A stretch of DNA of 46,501 nt, from NCBI GenBank assembly GCA_009924545.1, contig RFRL01000003.1:1-46501 (forward strand). Direction: 5' to 3'. This stretch comes from Planctomycetia bacterium (GTDB lineage Bacteria; Planctomycetota; Planctomycetia; Pirellulales; UBA1268). The translations under genes were made by a program, and so were the position numbers. The first letter of the stretch is position 1; each line of letters begins with the position of its first letter. The notes beneath the pieces were generated by a model. It was not told the origin of the DNA. It did not search any database and saw nothing but the letters and a program-made list of their open reading frames with translations. This document shows, piece after piece, positions 32,876 to 42,677 of this stretch.

Positions 32876-35845
32876 ATGCGTCCGTGCTCCCCGCCCCCCC
32901 GGTTTGTGACCCGGCTGCTCGTCGGGGTGGGTCTGATGCCGCTGGGCATGGTGGGAACTGTCATGGCGGCGGAGCCGGGCCGGCCCATGGCGGCGGAGCC
33001 GGGCCGACCCGTCGGGACCCGGGTGGAGTGGACGGGGTCGCGGATCACCGGCACGCCCGAACCGCCCCCACCCTATGGCCACGAGGACGTCTTCCCCGGG
33101 CTGCGCTTCGACCATCCCACCGCGGTGGTGCGGATGCCGGGCACCGACCGCCTCGTGGTCACCGAGGAGAAGGGGAAGGTCTATTCGTTCCGCGTGCCGG
33201 ACCCGGGAACGGCGGCCCGCGCCGACCTGGCGCTCGATCTGGGCGCGGTCCCCGGCCTCGACCACCTGTTCGACGTCGCCTTTCATCCACGGTTCACCAC
33301 CAACCGCTTCTGCTACGTCGTCTACGCGCTCCAGCCGAAACTCGCCGACGGCACCCGCGTGTCGCGGTTCACCGTCTCCGCCACCGAGCCGCCCACGATC
33401 GACCCGGCCAGCGAGCAGGTGGTGATCACGTGGCTTTCCGGGGGGCACAACGGTAGCGCCCTCCGGTTCGGCCCCGACGGCATGCTCTACATCTCCGCTG
33501 GCGACAGCGGTGATGCCACGCCTCCCGATGCGGCGGGTACCGGCCAGTCGATCCACGACCTGCTGGCCTCGGTCCTGCGCATCGACGTCGATCGGGAGAC
33601 CCCCGCCACCGCCACGACCCCGGCCCGGCCCTACGCGATCCCCGCCGACAACCCCTTCGTCCACCTGCCGGCGGCGCGCGGCGAGGTGTGGGCCTACGGG
33701 CTGCGGAATCCGTGGCGCATGTGCTTCGACCCGGCGGGGCGACTTCTCGTCGGGGACGTCGGCTGGGAAGTGTGGGAGATGCTCTACGACGTGAAGCGCG
33801 GGGGCAATTACGGCTGGAGCATCATGGAGGGGTCTCAGCCGGTGGTGGGCGACCGGGCCCGCGGACCCGAGCCGATCGAGCCGCCGCTGGTGGAGCATCC
33901 GCATACCGAGGCGCGGTCGATCACCGGTGGTTTCATTTCCATCGGCGACCGCCTCCCGGAACTGGCCGGGGCCTACGTCTACGGCGACTACGTCACCGGC
34001 CGGGTGTGGGGCCTGCGGTACGACGGCGAGCGCGTCACGTGGCACCGTGAGCTGGCCGACACGTCGCTGGCGATCTCCAGTTTCGGTGTCGATCATGCCG
34101 GTGACGTCCTCATCGTCGACTACGACAGCGGCACGCTCCACCGCCTCGTGCCCCGGCCGCCGGCTGCCGTGAACCGGGGCTTCCCCACCAGGCTGAGCGA
34201 TACCGGCCTGTTCGCCGACACCGCCGCCCTCGTGGCCGCGCCGGGCGTGGTGCCCTACTCGATCAGTGCCGAGGCCTGGGCCGACGGGACCTCGGCGACG
34301 CGGCTTTTGGCCCTGCCGGGCACGGCCCGACTCACCCTCTACGACACCCAAAACCCGCAGCAGGGGTTCATCCGCGGCAAGTTCCGGTTTCCCGCCGACG
34401 GCGTGCTGGCGAAGACGGTGGGGTTGGAAACGCGGCCCGGTGACGCGGCGAGCTTCCGCCGCATCGAAACCCAGATCCTCCATTTCACCGGTGCCGACTG
34501 GTACGGCTACAGCTATCTGTGGAACGACGACCAGACCGATGCGGAACTGGCGCCCGCCGGAGGGACCACGGTGTCGCTCTCCATCGGCGCTGCCGACGGG
34601 TCGGAGCGCCCGCACCGCAGGTCGTACCGCGTTGCCAGCCGCACCGAGTGCCTGATGTGCCACACCACGCGGGGCGGATCGCTCTACGGGTTCACGCCGG
34701 CGCAGCTCAACCGTCCCGTGGCCCGACCGGCGACCGCACCGGGGGAACCCGGCATGGTCAATCAGTTGCGGCTCCTCGACGAACTCGGCCTCCTCGAACG
34801 GCCGCTCGACGAGAAGGTGACGCCGCCGGTCGACCCCTCCGACCCGGCCGCCGACCTCACGGCGCGGGCCCGCAGTTACCTGCAGATGAACTGCGCCCAC
34901 TGCCATCTCCGCGGCGGCGGCGGGGCGTCGGACTTCGACGTCCGCCAGGACGTGCCCTTGGAGAAGACGAAACTCGTGGGCCTCGTGCCGAGCCACGGTG
35001 CCCTCGGGCTCGACGACGCGCGGGTCGTCACCGCCGGCGACCCCACGCGCTCCGTGCTCTACTACCGGATGGCCACCCTGGGGCGGGGGCGGATGCCGCA
35101 CGTCGGTTCGACGGTCGTCGACGAGCGCGGCCTGCGCCTCGTCGGCGATTGGATCGCGGGCCTGCCACCGGCGGACGGTGCCACGCCCGCGCAGTCTGCC
35201 ACGCTCCACCGGCCCCCCGCGGGGGCGACGCCGACGGCGGCGCTGGGGGTCCTGCGGGCCATCGAGTCGGGGTCGCTCGACCCCGCCGCGCGCACGGCCG
35301 CCATCGCCTGGGGCACCGGCCAGGCCGACCCGCAGGTGCGCGACCTGTTCCTCCGTTTCGTGCCGGAGGAGGAGCGTCCGCAGCGCCTCGGCCCGGAGAT
35401 CGATGCCGCCGCCCTCCTGGCACTCAGTGGTGATGCCACGCGCGGTGAGCGCCTCTACGCGAGTGCCGCGATGACCTGCCGCGGCTGCCACCGCATCGGG
35501 ACGGACGGGGGGGAGGTGGGCCCGGCTCTGGGTGACGTGGGGCGGCGGCTGACCCCCGCGCAGATCCTGGAGAGCCTCCTCGACCCGGCGAAGGTCATCG
35601 ATCCGCGCTATGCCACCTGGTACGTCGAGACGACCGGCGGGCAGGTGCACACCGGCCTCCTCCGGGAGCGGTCCGATGCCCGGGTCGTGGTCCGCGATGC
35701 CCAGGGGCGCGACCATGCCGTGGCCCGTGACGAGATCGAGGTCTTCGTGCAGCAGCCGCAGTCGCTCATGCCCACGCAGCTCCTCAGCGACCTCACTGCC
35801 GCGGAGGCGGCCGACATCCTCGCCTACTTGCAGGGCTGCCGCTGA
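32876..35845 (+). CDS. Secreted GSDH (PQQ sugar dehydrogenase-like) beta-propeller protein with three c-type heme motifs
   Basis: HNGSALRFGPDGMLYISAGD, IPADNPF, WAYGLRNPWR, GGNYGW; CxxCH motifs CLMCH, CAHCH, CRGCH; C-terminal GPAL...ILESLLDP...SLMP heme-binding domain. The exact start codon is uncertain. Confidence 0.85.
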   Translation: MRPCSPPPRFVTRLLVGVGLMPLGMVGTVMAAEPGRPMAAEPGRPVGTRVEWTGSRITGTPEPPPPYGHEDVFPGLRFDHPTAVVRMPGTDRLVVTEEKGKVYSFRVPDPGTAARADLALDLGAVPGLDHLFDVAFHPRFTTNRFCYVVYALQPKLADGTRVSRFTVSATEPPTIDPASEQVVITWLSGGHNGSALRFGPDGMLYISAGDSGDATPPDAAGTGQSIHDLLASVLRIDVDRETPATATTPARPYAIPADNPFVHLPAARGEVWAYGLRNPWRMCFDPAGRLLVGDVGWEVWEMLYDVKRGGNYGWSIMEGSQPVVGDRARGPEPIEPPLVEHPHTEARSITGGFISIGDRLPELAGAYVYGDYVTGRVWGLRYDGERVTWHRELADTSLAISSFGVDHAGDVLIVDYDSGTLHRLVPRPPAAVNRGFPTRLSDTGLFADTAALVAAPGVVPYSISAEAWADGTSATRLLALPGTARLTLYDTQNPQQGFIRGKFRFPADGVLAKTVGLETRPGDAASFRRIETQILHFTGADWYGYSYLWNDDQTDAELAPAGGTTVSLSIGAADGSERPHRRSYRVASRTECLMCHTTRGGSLYGFTPAQLNRPVARPATAPGEPGMVNQLRLLDELGLLERPLDEKVTPPVDPSDPAADLTARARSYLQMNCAHCHLRGGGGASDFDVRQDVPLEKTKLVGLVPSHGALGLDDARVVTAGDPTRSVLYYRMATLGRGRMPHVGSTVVDERGLRLVGDWIAGLPPADGATPAQSATLHRPPAGATPTAALGVLRAIESGSLDPAARTAAIAWGTGQADPQVRDLFLRFVPEEERPQRLGPEIDAAALLALSGDATRGERLYASAAMTCRGCHRIGTDGGEVGPALGDVGRRLTPAQILESLLDPAKVIDPRYATWYVETTGGQVHTGLLRERSDARVVVRDAQGRDHAVARDEIEVFVQQPQSLMPTQLLSDLTAAEAADILAYLQGCR
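32963..33010 (+). repeat. 24-bp tandem duplication (MAAEPGRP x2)
   Basis: ATGGCGGCGGAGCCGGGCCGGCCC followed by ATGGCGGCGGAGCCGGGCCGACCC (one mismatch). Confidence 0.85.
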
Positions 35846-35938
35846 CGGAGGACACCGCGGTACTCGTCGCCGCAGCGCCCGGTGGCCCGGTTGGTACGCT
35901 GTTCTGCTGGTGCTGTCCCCTCCTGACCGGGATCAACC

Positions 35939-38900
35939 ATGCCGATCCGCCGTCGTGACGGTCGCGTCGCCTGCTTCGTCGCTCCCTGGTTCGTGGTGGG
36001 GACGGTGGCCGCCGCCCCGCCGACCGCGTTCGCGCCGCCGGGTGTGGGGCTCGCCGCCGAACTCGCCGCCGAGGATCGTGCCGCGCTCGTGGCCGATGTG
36101 GAGCGCATCGGTGACCCGGCTCGCGGCGCGGCGGTGTTCCACACCCGCCACCTGAGCTGCCTGCAGTGCCATGTGGCGGGGAAGGGCGTGTCACCGTTGG
36201 GGCCGAACCTGGCCGCGCTGCCGCCGGGCGTGGACCGCTCCCGCCTCGTGCCCCACCTCGTCGAGTCGATCCTCGAGCCGTCGGCCGTCATCCGCCCCGA
36301 GCACCGCGGCGTGACGATCATCACCACCGACGGGCGTGCCGTCACCGGCCTCGTCGGCAGCGAGAGCGCCGTGGCCGTCGTCGTCCGCGATGCGGCGACG
36401 GGGGGTGGCGAGACGACGATCCCGCGGGCGGAGATCGAGCAGCGCGTGCTGGCCACGGCGTCGCTGATGCCGGTGGGGTTGGCCAACCTCCTCGCCGACC
36501 GCCGCCAGTTCCTCGATCTGGTCCGCTATCTCGCCGACGTGGCGGTGGGGGGGGCGGAGCGGGCCGCGGCGCTCGTGCCCGATCCGGCCGTCCACGCCGC
36601 GCCGGCGCAGGCCGCCCATGAAGCGGAGATCGACCATGCTGCTTTCCTCGCCGACTGGGACGACCCCGAGCGCGCCGCGGGCGCCTTCCGGCGCGGAGCG
36701 GCGATCTACGCACGGGTGTGCGCCAACTGCCACGGCACGCGCGACGCGCCCGGGTCGCTCCCCACCGCGCCGCGCTTCGCCACCGGGACGCTGCGCCACG
36801 GCGCCGACCCCCACGCGATGTACCGCACGCTGACGACGGGCAACGGCCAGATGGTGGCGCAGTCGTGGATGGTGCCGGCCCAGAAGTACGACGTCATCCA
36901 CTACATCCGTGAGGCGTTCCTCCGCGAGGGGAATCGGCGCTGGTACACGGCGGTCACGCCCGAGTATCTGGCGACGCTCCCCACGGGCATGTCGCGCGGC
37001 CCGGCGCCGGTGTCGCTCGAGCCGTGGCGGCTGCACGACTACGGTCCGTTCCTCGGCGGCTCGTTCGAGGCGGGCGACCGTGGCGACAACGTGGCGCGGA
37101 AGGGGCTGGCGGTGCGTCTCGACGCGGGGCCGGGGGGTGTGGGGCGCGGGCAGGCCTGGATCCTCCACGAGCTCGACACGCTGCGGATGGCGGCGTTCTG
37201 GACGGGCGACCGGTTCATCGACTGGGAGGGCATCAATTTCGACGGGCGGCACGGGCGCCATCCCCACGTCGCCGGCGACGTGCAGGCCGTCGTCCCCACG
37301 ATGCCCGGTTGGGCCCACCCCGACACCGGGTCGTTCGCCGATCCCCGCCCCCGGGGCCGCGACGGCGAGCCCTACGGTCCGCTGCCACGCGACCACGGGC
37401 GCTTCCGGGCCCTGCACCACGTTGCCACGGCCGCGGGCCCGGCTGCGGAGCCGCGCTCGGCGGTCGTGCTCGACTACCTCGTGGGGTCGACGGAGGTCCT
37501 GGAGACGGCGGCCCTGGCACCGGCCCTGGACGTCGCCGGCGCCACCGTGCCGGTCGTCACCCGCTCGTTCTCCCTCGGCCCACGGCCGAAAGCGCTCGTG
37601 GTCCGGCTCGCCGCCGCGCCGGCGGGCGACCTTGTCGCAGCCGGCGGTCGGCCCGTGCGCGAGTGTGATCGTGGCCGACGGCTTCGTCGATCTCTCCATT
37701 CCCGAGGGGGATCAGCCGTTCGACGTGGCGGTGGCCGTGGCCGTGGCCGATGCCGGAGAGCTGGCCCGGCATGTCGCCGGACTCGCCGTGCCGCAGCCCC
37801 GGACGCTCGTCGGGCGCCCGGCGCCACTCCTGTGGCCGACGGTCGTGGAGACGGCGCTCGTGCCCGGAGTCGACACCGGACCCTTTGCCGTCGACACCCT
37901 GGCGGCACCGGAGGCGAATCCCTGGCAGGCGCAGATGCGGTTCTCGGGCCTCGACTTCACCGGCCCCGATGAGGCGGTGCTGTGCACCTGGGACGGCGAC
38001 GTGTGGCGCGTCGGTGGGATCAAGGGAGCCGGGGGACCGCTCGCCTGGCGGCGGATCGCCACGGGGCTCTTCCAGCCGCTGGGCATCAAGGTGATCGGCG
38101 GGGTGATCCACGTCGCCTGCCGCGACCGCATCGCGAGGCTCGTCGACATCGACGGCGACGGGCTCACCGACCGCTACGAGACGTTCAACGACGACCACCA
38201 GGTGACCGAGCACTTCCACGAATTCGCGATGGGCCTGGAGACCGACGCGGCGGGGAACCTGTACTACGCCAAGAGCGCCCGCCACGCCCTCCCCGCCGTC
38301 GTGCCGCACCACGGGACGCTGCTCCGTGTCGCCGCCGACGGCTCGTCCACCACGATCGTCGCCAACGGCTTCCGTGCGGCCAACGGCGTGTGTGTCGAGC
38401 CCGACGGCACGTTCTGGGTGACCGACCAGGAGGGGCACTGGAACCCGAAGAACCGCATCAACCACGTCCGTCCCGGCGGCTTCTACGGCAACATGTTCGG
38501 GTGGCACGACGTCACCGACTCCAGTGACGCCGCCATGGATCCCCCCGCCTTCTGGATCACCAACGCCTTCGACCGCTCGCCAGCGGAGTTGCTCCGCGTG
38601 ACCAGTCCGCGCTGGGACCCGATCACGGGCGGTCTCCTCGAACTCTCCTACGGGGAAGGGCGGGTCCATTTGGTGCTCATCGAGCCGGTGGCCGGGCGCC
38701 CGGGGCTGTCGCAGGGGGGGATGGTCCGGCTGCCGATCGCCGATCTCCCCACGGGGGTGATGCGCGGGCGCTTCGACCCCGTCGACGGCCAGCTCTACGC
38801 CTGCGGCCTCTTCGCCTGGGCGGGCAACCGCACCCAGCCCGGCGGGTTCTTCCGCATCCGGCGCACGGCGCAGCCGCTGCTCGTGCCGGTCGGTCTCCAC

Positions 38901-39215
38901 GCCGCCCCGGGTGAGATCACCCTCACGTTCGCCGCGCCCCTCGATCCGGCCACGGCAGGCGCGCCGGCCGCCTGGCGGGTGCGGACCTGGGGGCTCGAGC
39001 GCAGTGCCCGGTACGGCTCCGATCACATCGACGAGGTCGGGCGGGAGGTTACGGCGGTCGACGTCTCGTCGGACGGTCGACGGATCACGCTCCGCGTTCC
39101 CGAACTGGCCGCCACCTGGTGCTACGCACTCGAGTGGTCGGTGCGGTCGGCGGCCGGGGAGCCCGTGGCCGGGCAACTCCACGGCACGCTCCACGCGCCG
39201 GGGGGGGCACCGTAG
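35939..39215 (+). pseudogene. Frameshifted (or mis-assembled) di-heme cytochrome c + DUF6797-like + beta-propeller protein
   Basis: The 35939 frame carries CLQCH, CANCH and the DYGPFL/KGLAVRLD region up to about 37642. The protein-like sequence continues in the 36909 frame (AVGPCASVIVADG...FSGLDF...ATGLFQPLG...FHEFAMGL...ANGFRAANG...RGRF) to the stop at 39215. Confidence 0.75.
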
Positions 39216-39257
39216 CTGCCCGTGGAAAAAGCGTCCGGATGTTTTTCCACGGGTTGC
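39213..39257. repeat. Inverted repeat / hairpin (terminator-like, or minimal MITE-like element)
   Basis: CCCGTGGAAAAA (39219-39230) and TTTTTCCACGGG (39242-39253) form a perfect 12-bp inverted repeat just after the TAG stop. Confidence 0.7.
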
Positions 39258-39391
39258 CCGCCGGCAGGCCGCTGCCGTGTTGCCCTTGACGTGTTGGGGA
39301 GCCGGCGCCAGTGCGCTATCATGGGCCCCGACCAGCCCCAGGCCCGAGCGATCGGCCGGGGAAAACCCGTTTTCCGGCCGAGGACAGCACC

Positions 39392-41236
39392 ATGCCCAGG
39401 CATCGCCTCCAGTTCCCGCGAGGCCGGTCGGGCCGGGCCAGGTGGAACATCCTCCCTGGTGCCCTCCTCGCGATGGGCGCGGCCGCGGTCGCCGTCGTGG
39501 GGAGCGGATGCCGGATCGCGAGCGCAGCGGACCCCGCCGCCAACGCGGCCGACGAGCTGTTGGCGGCCTTCTTCCGCGAGCATCTCGACGCCAGTTTCGC
39601 CCTCCGCCCCGTCGAGGCCACGCTCCTCGGCGACCATCGCTTCGACCATCTCCTCGACGACCTCTCCCCCGCCGCCCGGCAGCGCTGGCTCGATCACTGG
39701 AAGAGCCAGCTCGCGAAGCTCGACGCCACCTTCGGCCGCGCCGATCTCTCGCCCGACGGCCGGCTCGACCGCGACATCCTCCGCGACGATCTCGTCCGCA
39801 ACATCTGGCTCGCCGAGAACGAGCAGCCCTTCGTCCACGACGCGCGGGTCTACGGCACCTACACCACCGACAGCGTGTTCTCCCTCCTCACCCAGTCGAC
39901 GCTGCCGCGGGAAACCAACATCACCAATGCCATCGCGCGGATGAAGCTCATCCCCGCGGTGCTGGAGGTGGCCCGTACCGAGCTCACCGATCCTGCCCCG
40001 ACGATGCTCGAGACGGCGATCCAGCAGAACCGCGGGTCGATCGCCTTCTACGAGCGCCAGCTCTTCGATCTCTGCGGCGACACGCCGCAGCTTCCCGCCC
40101 TGCGCGCCGCCGCCGCCCCGGTGGTCGCGGCCCTCGAGCGTCACCAGGCGTTCCTGGAGAAGGAACTGCTCCCCAAGGCCCGCGGCCCGTGGCGGCTGGG
40201 GCGGGAGAAGTTCTCCCGGAAGCTGGAGTTGGTCCTCGACATGGGGTGGGATGCCGAGCGCGTCATCGCCGAAGCACGCCGGGAATTCGACCGGGTCCGG
40301 CACGACATGGCCTTCGTGTCGCGACAGGCGTGGCACCGCTCCTTCCCCCGGGAGCCGGTGCCACCCGACGACGAGGCCGGGCGCCGCACCCTGATCGCCC
40401 GCGTGGTCGCGGCCGTGAACCAGGACCACGGTCCGCCGGAGACGCTCGTGCGCGACGCCCGGGAGACGGTGGCGGGATTGTGCGACTTCATCCGCACCCA
40501 CGACATCCTCCGCCTCCCCGATCCGGACCGCTGCCGGATCGTCGAGATGCCGGAGTTCCGCCGTGGCAACTCTCTGGCCTACCTGGAGAACGCCCTGCCC
40601 CTCGACCCGCAGGGGGCGAGCACCTACGCCATCAGCCCGCCCCCCGCCACGTGGGATGCGGCCCGCGTGCGGAGCTTCCTCGAGGAATACAACCGGCAGA
40701 TGCTCCGCATCCTCACGATCCACGAGGCCTATCCCGGCCACTACGTGCAACTCGAATGGTCGAACCGCTGCCCGTCGCTGATCCGTCGCGTGCTCCAGTC
40801 GGGGACGTTCATCGAGGGCTGGGCGGTCTACACCGAGCAGATGATGCTCGACCAGGGATACGGCGGCGGAGATCCGGCGCTGCGGCTGATGCAGCTCAAG
40901 TTCTTCCTCCGCGCTGTCGCCAACGCGATCCTCGATCACGGGATGCACTGCGAAGAGTGGAGCGACGAGCGCGCCCTCGCCTTCCTCATGGACGAGGCGT
41001 TCCAGTCGGAGGGGGAGGCGCGCCTGAAGATCGTGCGGGCCAAACAGAGCTCGGTGCAACTCTCCACCTACTTCGCCGGCCGCACCGCCCACCATCGACT
41101 CCGGCAGGAGATCCAGCGTGAGCAGGGCGCGGGTTTCGACCTGGGCCGCTACCACGAGGCGGTGCTGGGGAACGGGTCGGTGCCGGTGAAATACCTGCCG
41201 CAGTTGGTGCGCGAGCGCCTCGCGCAGCCGCGCTGA
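39392..41236 (+). CDS. DUF885 family protein (probable lipoprotein, zincin-like)
   Basis: AGGA RBS; hydrophobic signal with a lipobox-like GSGC; ATLLGDHRFD, LTIHEAYPGHYVQ, FIEGWAVYTE, AILDHGMH, QLSTYFAG, FDLGRYHEAVL. Confidence 0.9.
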   Translation: MPRHRLQFPRGRSGRARWNILPGALLAMGAAAVAVVGSGCRIASAADPAANAADELLAAFFREHLDASFALRPVEATLLGDHRFDHLLDDLSPAARQRWLDHWKSQLAKLDATFGRADLSPDGRLDRDILRDDLVRNIWLAENEQPFVHDARVYGTYTTDSVFSLLTQSTLPRETNITNAIARMKLIPAVLEVARTELTDPAPTMLETAIQQNRGSIAFYERQLFDLCGDTPQLPALRAAAAPVVAALERHQAFLEKELLPKARGPWRLGREKFSRKLELVLDMGWDAERVIAEARREFDRVRHDMAFVSRQAWHRSFPREPVPPDDEAGRRTLIARVVAAVNQDHGPPETLVRDARETVAGLCDFIRTHDILRLPDPDRCRIVEMPEFRRGNSLAYLENALPLDPQGASTYAISPPPATWDAARVRSFLEEYNRQMLRILTIHEAYPGHYVQLEWSNRCPSLIRRVLQSGTFIEGWAVYTEQMMLDQGYGGGDPALRLMQLKFFLRAVANAILDHGMHCEEWSDERALAFLMDEAFQSEGEARLKIVRAKQSSVQLSTYFAGRTAHHRLRQEIQREQGAGFDLGRYHEAVLGNGSVPVKYLPQLVRERLAQPR

Positions 41237-41250
41237 CCGGCGGCGCGTGG

Positions 41251-41772
41251 TCAGTGCAGGGGGCCCAGGCCCAAGTCCCCGCGCTGCCGGTTCACGAGCG
41301 CCAGCGCCGCTGGTTCCCGGGCGACGAGGCGCACCAGTTGCGTGGGGCTGACGGCGAGGCGCGGGGCGGCGTCGCGGGGTTCCCACCCCGCCGCCGCGAG
41401 GCTGTCGAGGGCCTCGGCGAGAAGCGTGGCGAAGTCGAAATGCGCCGTCGCCACCGTGATCCGCCCGGCGCGGACCCGGCCTTGCCACAGGGCCGACGGC
41501 GGTGTCGTCGGGCCGGGGAGCGGGGCGGAGCGGAGCCCCACGGCGAGCTTGAGCCGCAGCCGCCCCAGGGCGACCGCGCGGTTCTCGGCCTGGCTGCGCC
41601 GTTCCGACCCCTCGGCGCCGAGCCCCGTGGGCGGATGGCGGAGGATCACGGCCGTCTCCACCTTGTTGCGATGCTGCCCGCCGGGGCCGCTGCGCCGTGA
41701 GCGCGACTCCGTGCAGGCCGCCAGGAGGACGGCGGGAGGCAAGGCGGCGGGGTGCGGGGCGGACTCGTTCAT
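41251..41772 (-). CDS. Peptide chain release factor-like protein (GGQ domain only; ArfB/PrfH-related)
   Basis: RRSGPGGQHRNKVETAVILRH.PTG...ERRSQAENR..AL.RLR; 173 aa with no codon-recognition domains. Confidence 0.8.
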   Translation of the reverse strand: MNESAPHPAALPPAVLLAACTESRSRRSGPGGQHRNKVETAVILRHPPTGLGAEGSERRSQAENRAVALGRLRLKLAVGLRSAPLPGPTTPPSALWQGRVRAGRITVATAHFDFATLLAEALDSLAAAGWEPRDAAPRLAVSPTQLVRLVAREPAALALVNRQRGDLGLGPLH

Positions 41773-41822
41773 CGCGAGGGACGAGGGGGCCGGGCCCCGG
41801 TCGCGGCGCCGGGCGACGTGAG

Positions 41823-41941
41823 CAGGCTGTGGACAAACAGCCTGCGGCACCTCATGGATGAGGTGCCGGGAGCGCAACTCCGGTGAAAACCACAGGTTTC
41901 CGTGTGGCCGAAGGCCAAGGATGGACTTTGGCCACGGGCTG
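41823..41941. mobile_element. ~119-bp MITE-like element with imperfect terminal inverted repeats and internal hairpins
   Basis: Left end CAGGCTGTGGACAAA versus reverse complement of the right end CAGCCCGTGGCCAAA (12/15 identical). Internal stems CGGCACCTCAT-GG-ATGAGGTGCCG and TGGCC-GAA-GGCCA. No coding capacity. Confidence 0.55.
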
Positions 41942-42625
41942 TCAGGGCAGTTCCTTGAAGCGCACGTTCCGCCAGCGCACCTGGTAGGGACCGGTCCCCT
42001 TGGCGATGCCGTGCACCTGGAAGCCGATGTGCCCCTCCGGATCGTGCGGCTGGCGGAAGTCGGCGGTGGGCACGCCATTGATCCAACTCCGGTAGTGGTC
42101 CCCCTCGACCACGATCCGGTAGGCGTTCCAATCGCCCTTGCGGAAGGCCTTGGTGGCAGCCTCGGTGCGGACGGCATCGGTCTTGGTGAGGATGCTCCAC
42201 CAGGTGCCGCGCCGGGCCTCGTCGTAGAAGTTGCCGGCGGTGCCGTCGATGGCGATCTCGCACTGCGGGCCGTAGAGCCGACCGGCCGGCAGCTTGCCAC
42301 CGGCTCCCTCGGGCTGCTCCCCCTCGGTGGCGATGTGACTGCGCACCTGGACACCGGAGTTGAGCTGGTCGTCGACGTTGACCTCGAACTGCAGTTCGAA
42401 GTTCTTCACCGGCTTCTTCGTGGCGAGGAACGTGTTGGGACTGCCCTCGGTGGTGCGGCCGACGAGGACTCCGTCCTGCACCACGTAAGTGGCCGACCCG
42501 CTCACCACCTGGAAGTCGTCGAGTGTGCCGTCGGCGAACCAGCGGACGAAGCCGGTGTCGTCGGCCCGGGCGCTGGCCAGGCAGAGCGCGGGGAGCAGGG
42601 CGAGGAGCAGGTGGCAGCGGTGCAT
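41942..42625 (-). CDS. DUF1080 / 3-keto-disaccharide hydrolase family secreted protein
   Basis: Signal peptide; NTFLAT...NFELQFEV...NSGVQVRS...GPQCEI...WNAYRI...WING...GHIGFQVH...VRWRNVRFKEL; AGGAG RBS. Confidence 0.9.
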   Translation of the reverse strand: MHRCHLLLALLPALCLASARADDTGFVRWFADGTLDDFQVVSGSATYVVQDGVLVGRTTEGSPNTFLATKKPVKNFELQFEVNVDDQLNSGVQVRSHIATEGEQPEGAGGKLPAGRLYGPQCEIAIDGTAGNFYDEARRGTWWSILTKTDAVRTEAATKAFRKGDWNAYRIVVEGDHYRSWINGVPTADFRQPHDPEGHIGFQVHGIAKGTGPYQVRWRNVRFKELP

Positions 42626-42677
42626 GGGGGGTCTCCTGGGGGAAGGCGAAGGGTCGGGAATGATCCGGAAGGGGCTT

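Noticed and set aside
37620-37670. Programmed ribosomal frameshift (also considered near 9090)
   Set aside because: No slippery sequence at either site, and the 9090 junction is missing conserved residues.
39286-39322. TTGACG...TATCAT promoter for the DUF885 gene
   Set aside because: The spacer is 25 nt, and the alternative -35 at 17 nt (TTGGGG) is weak; not supportable.
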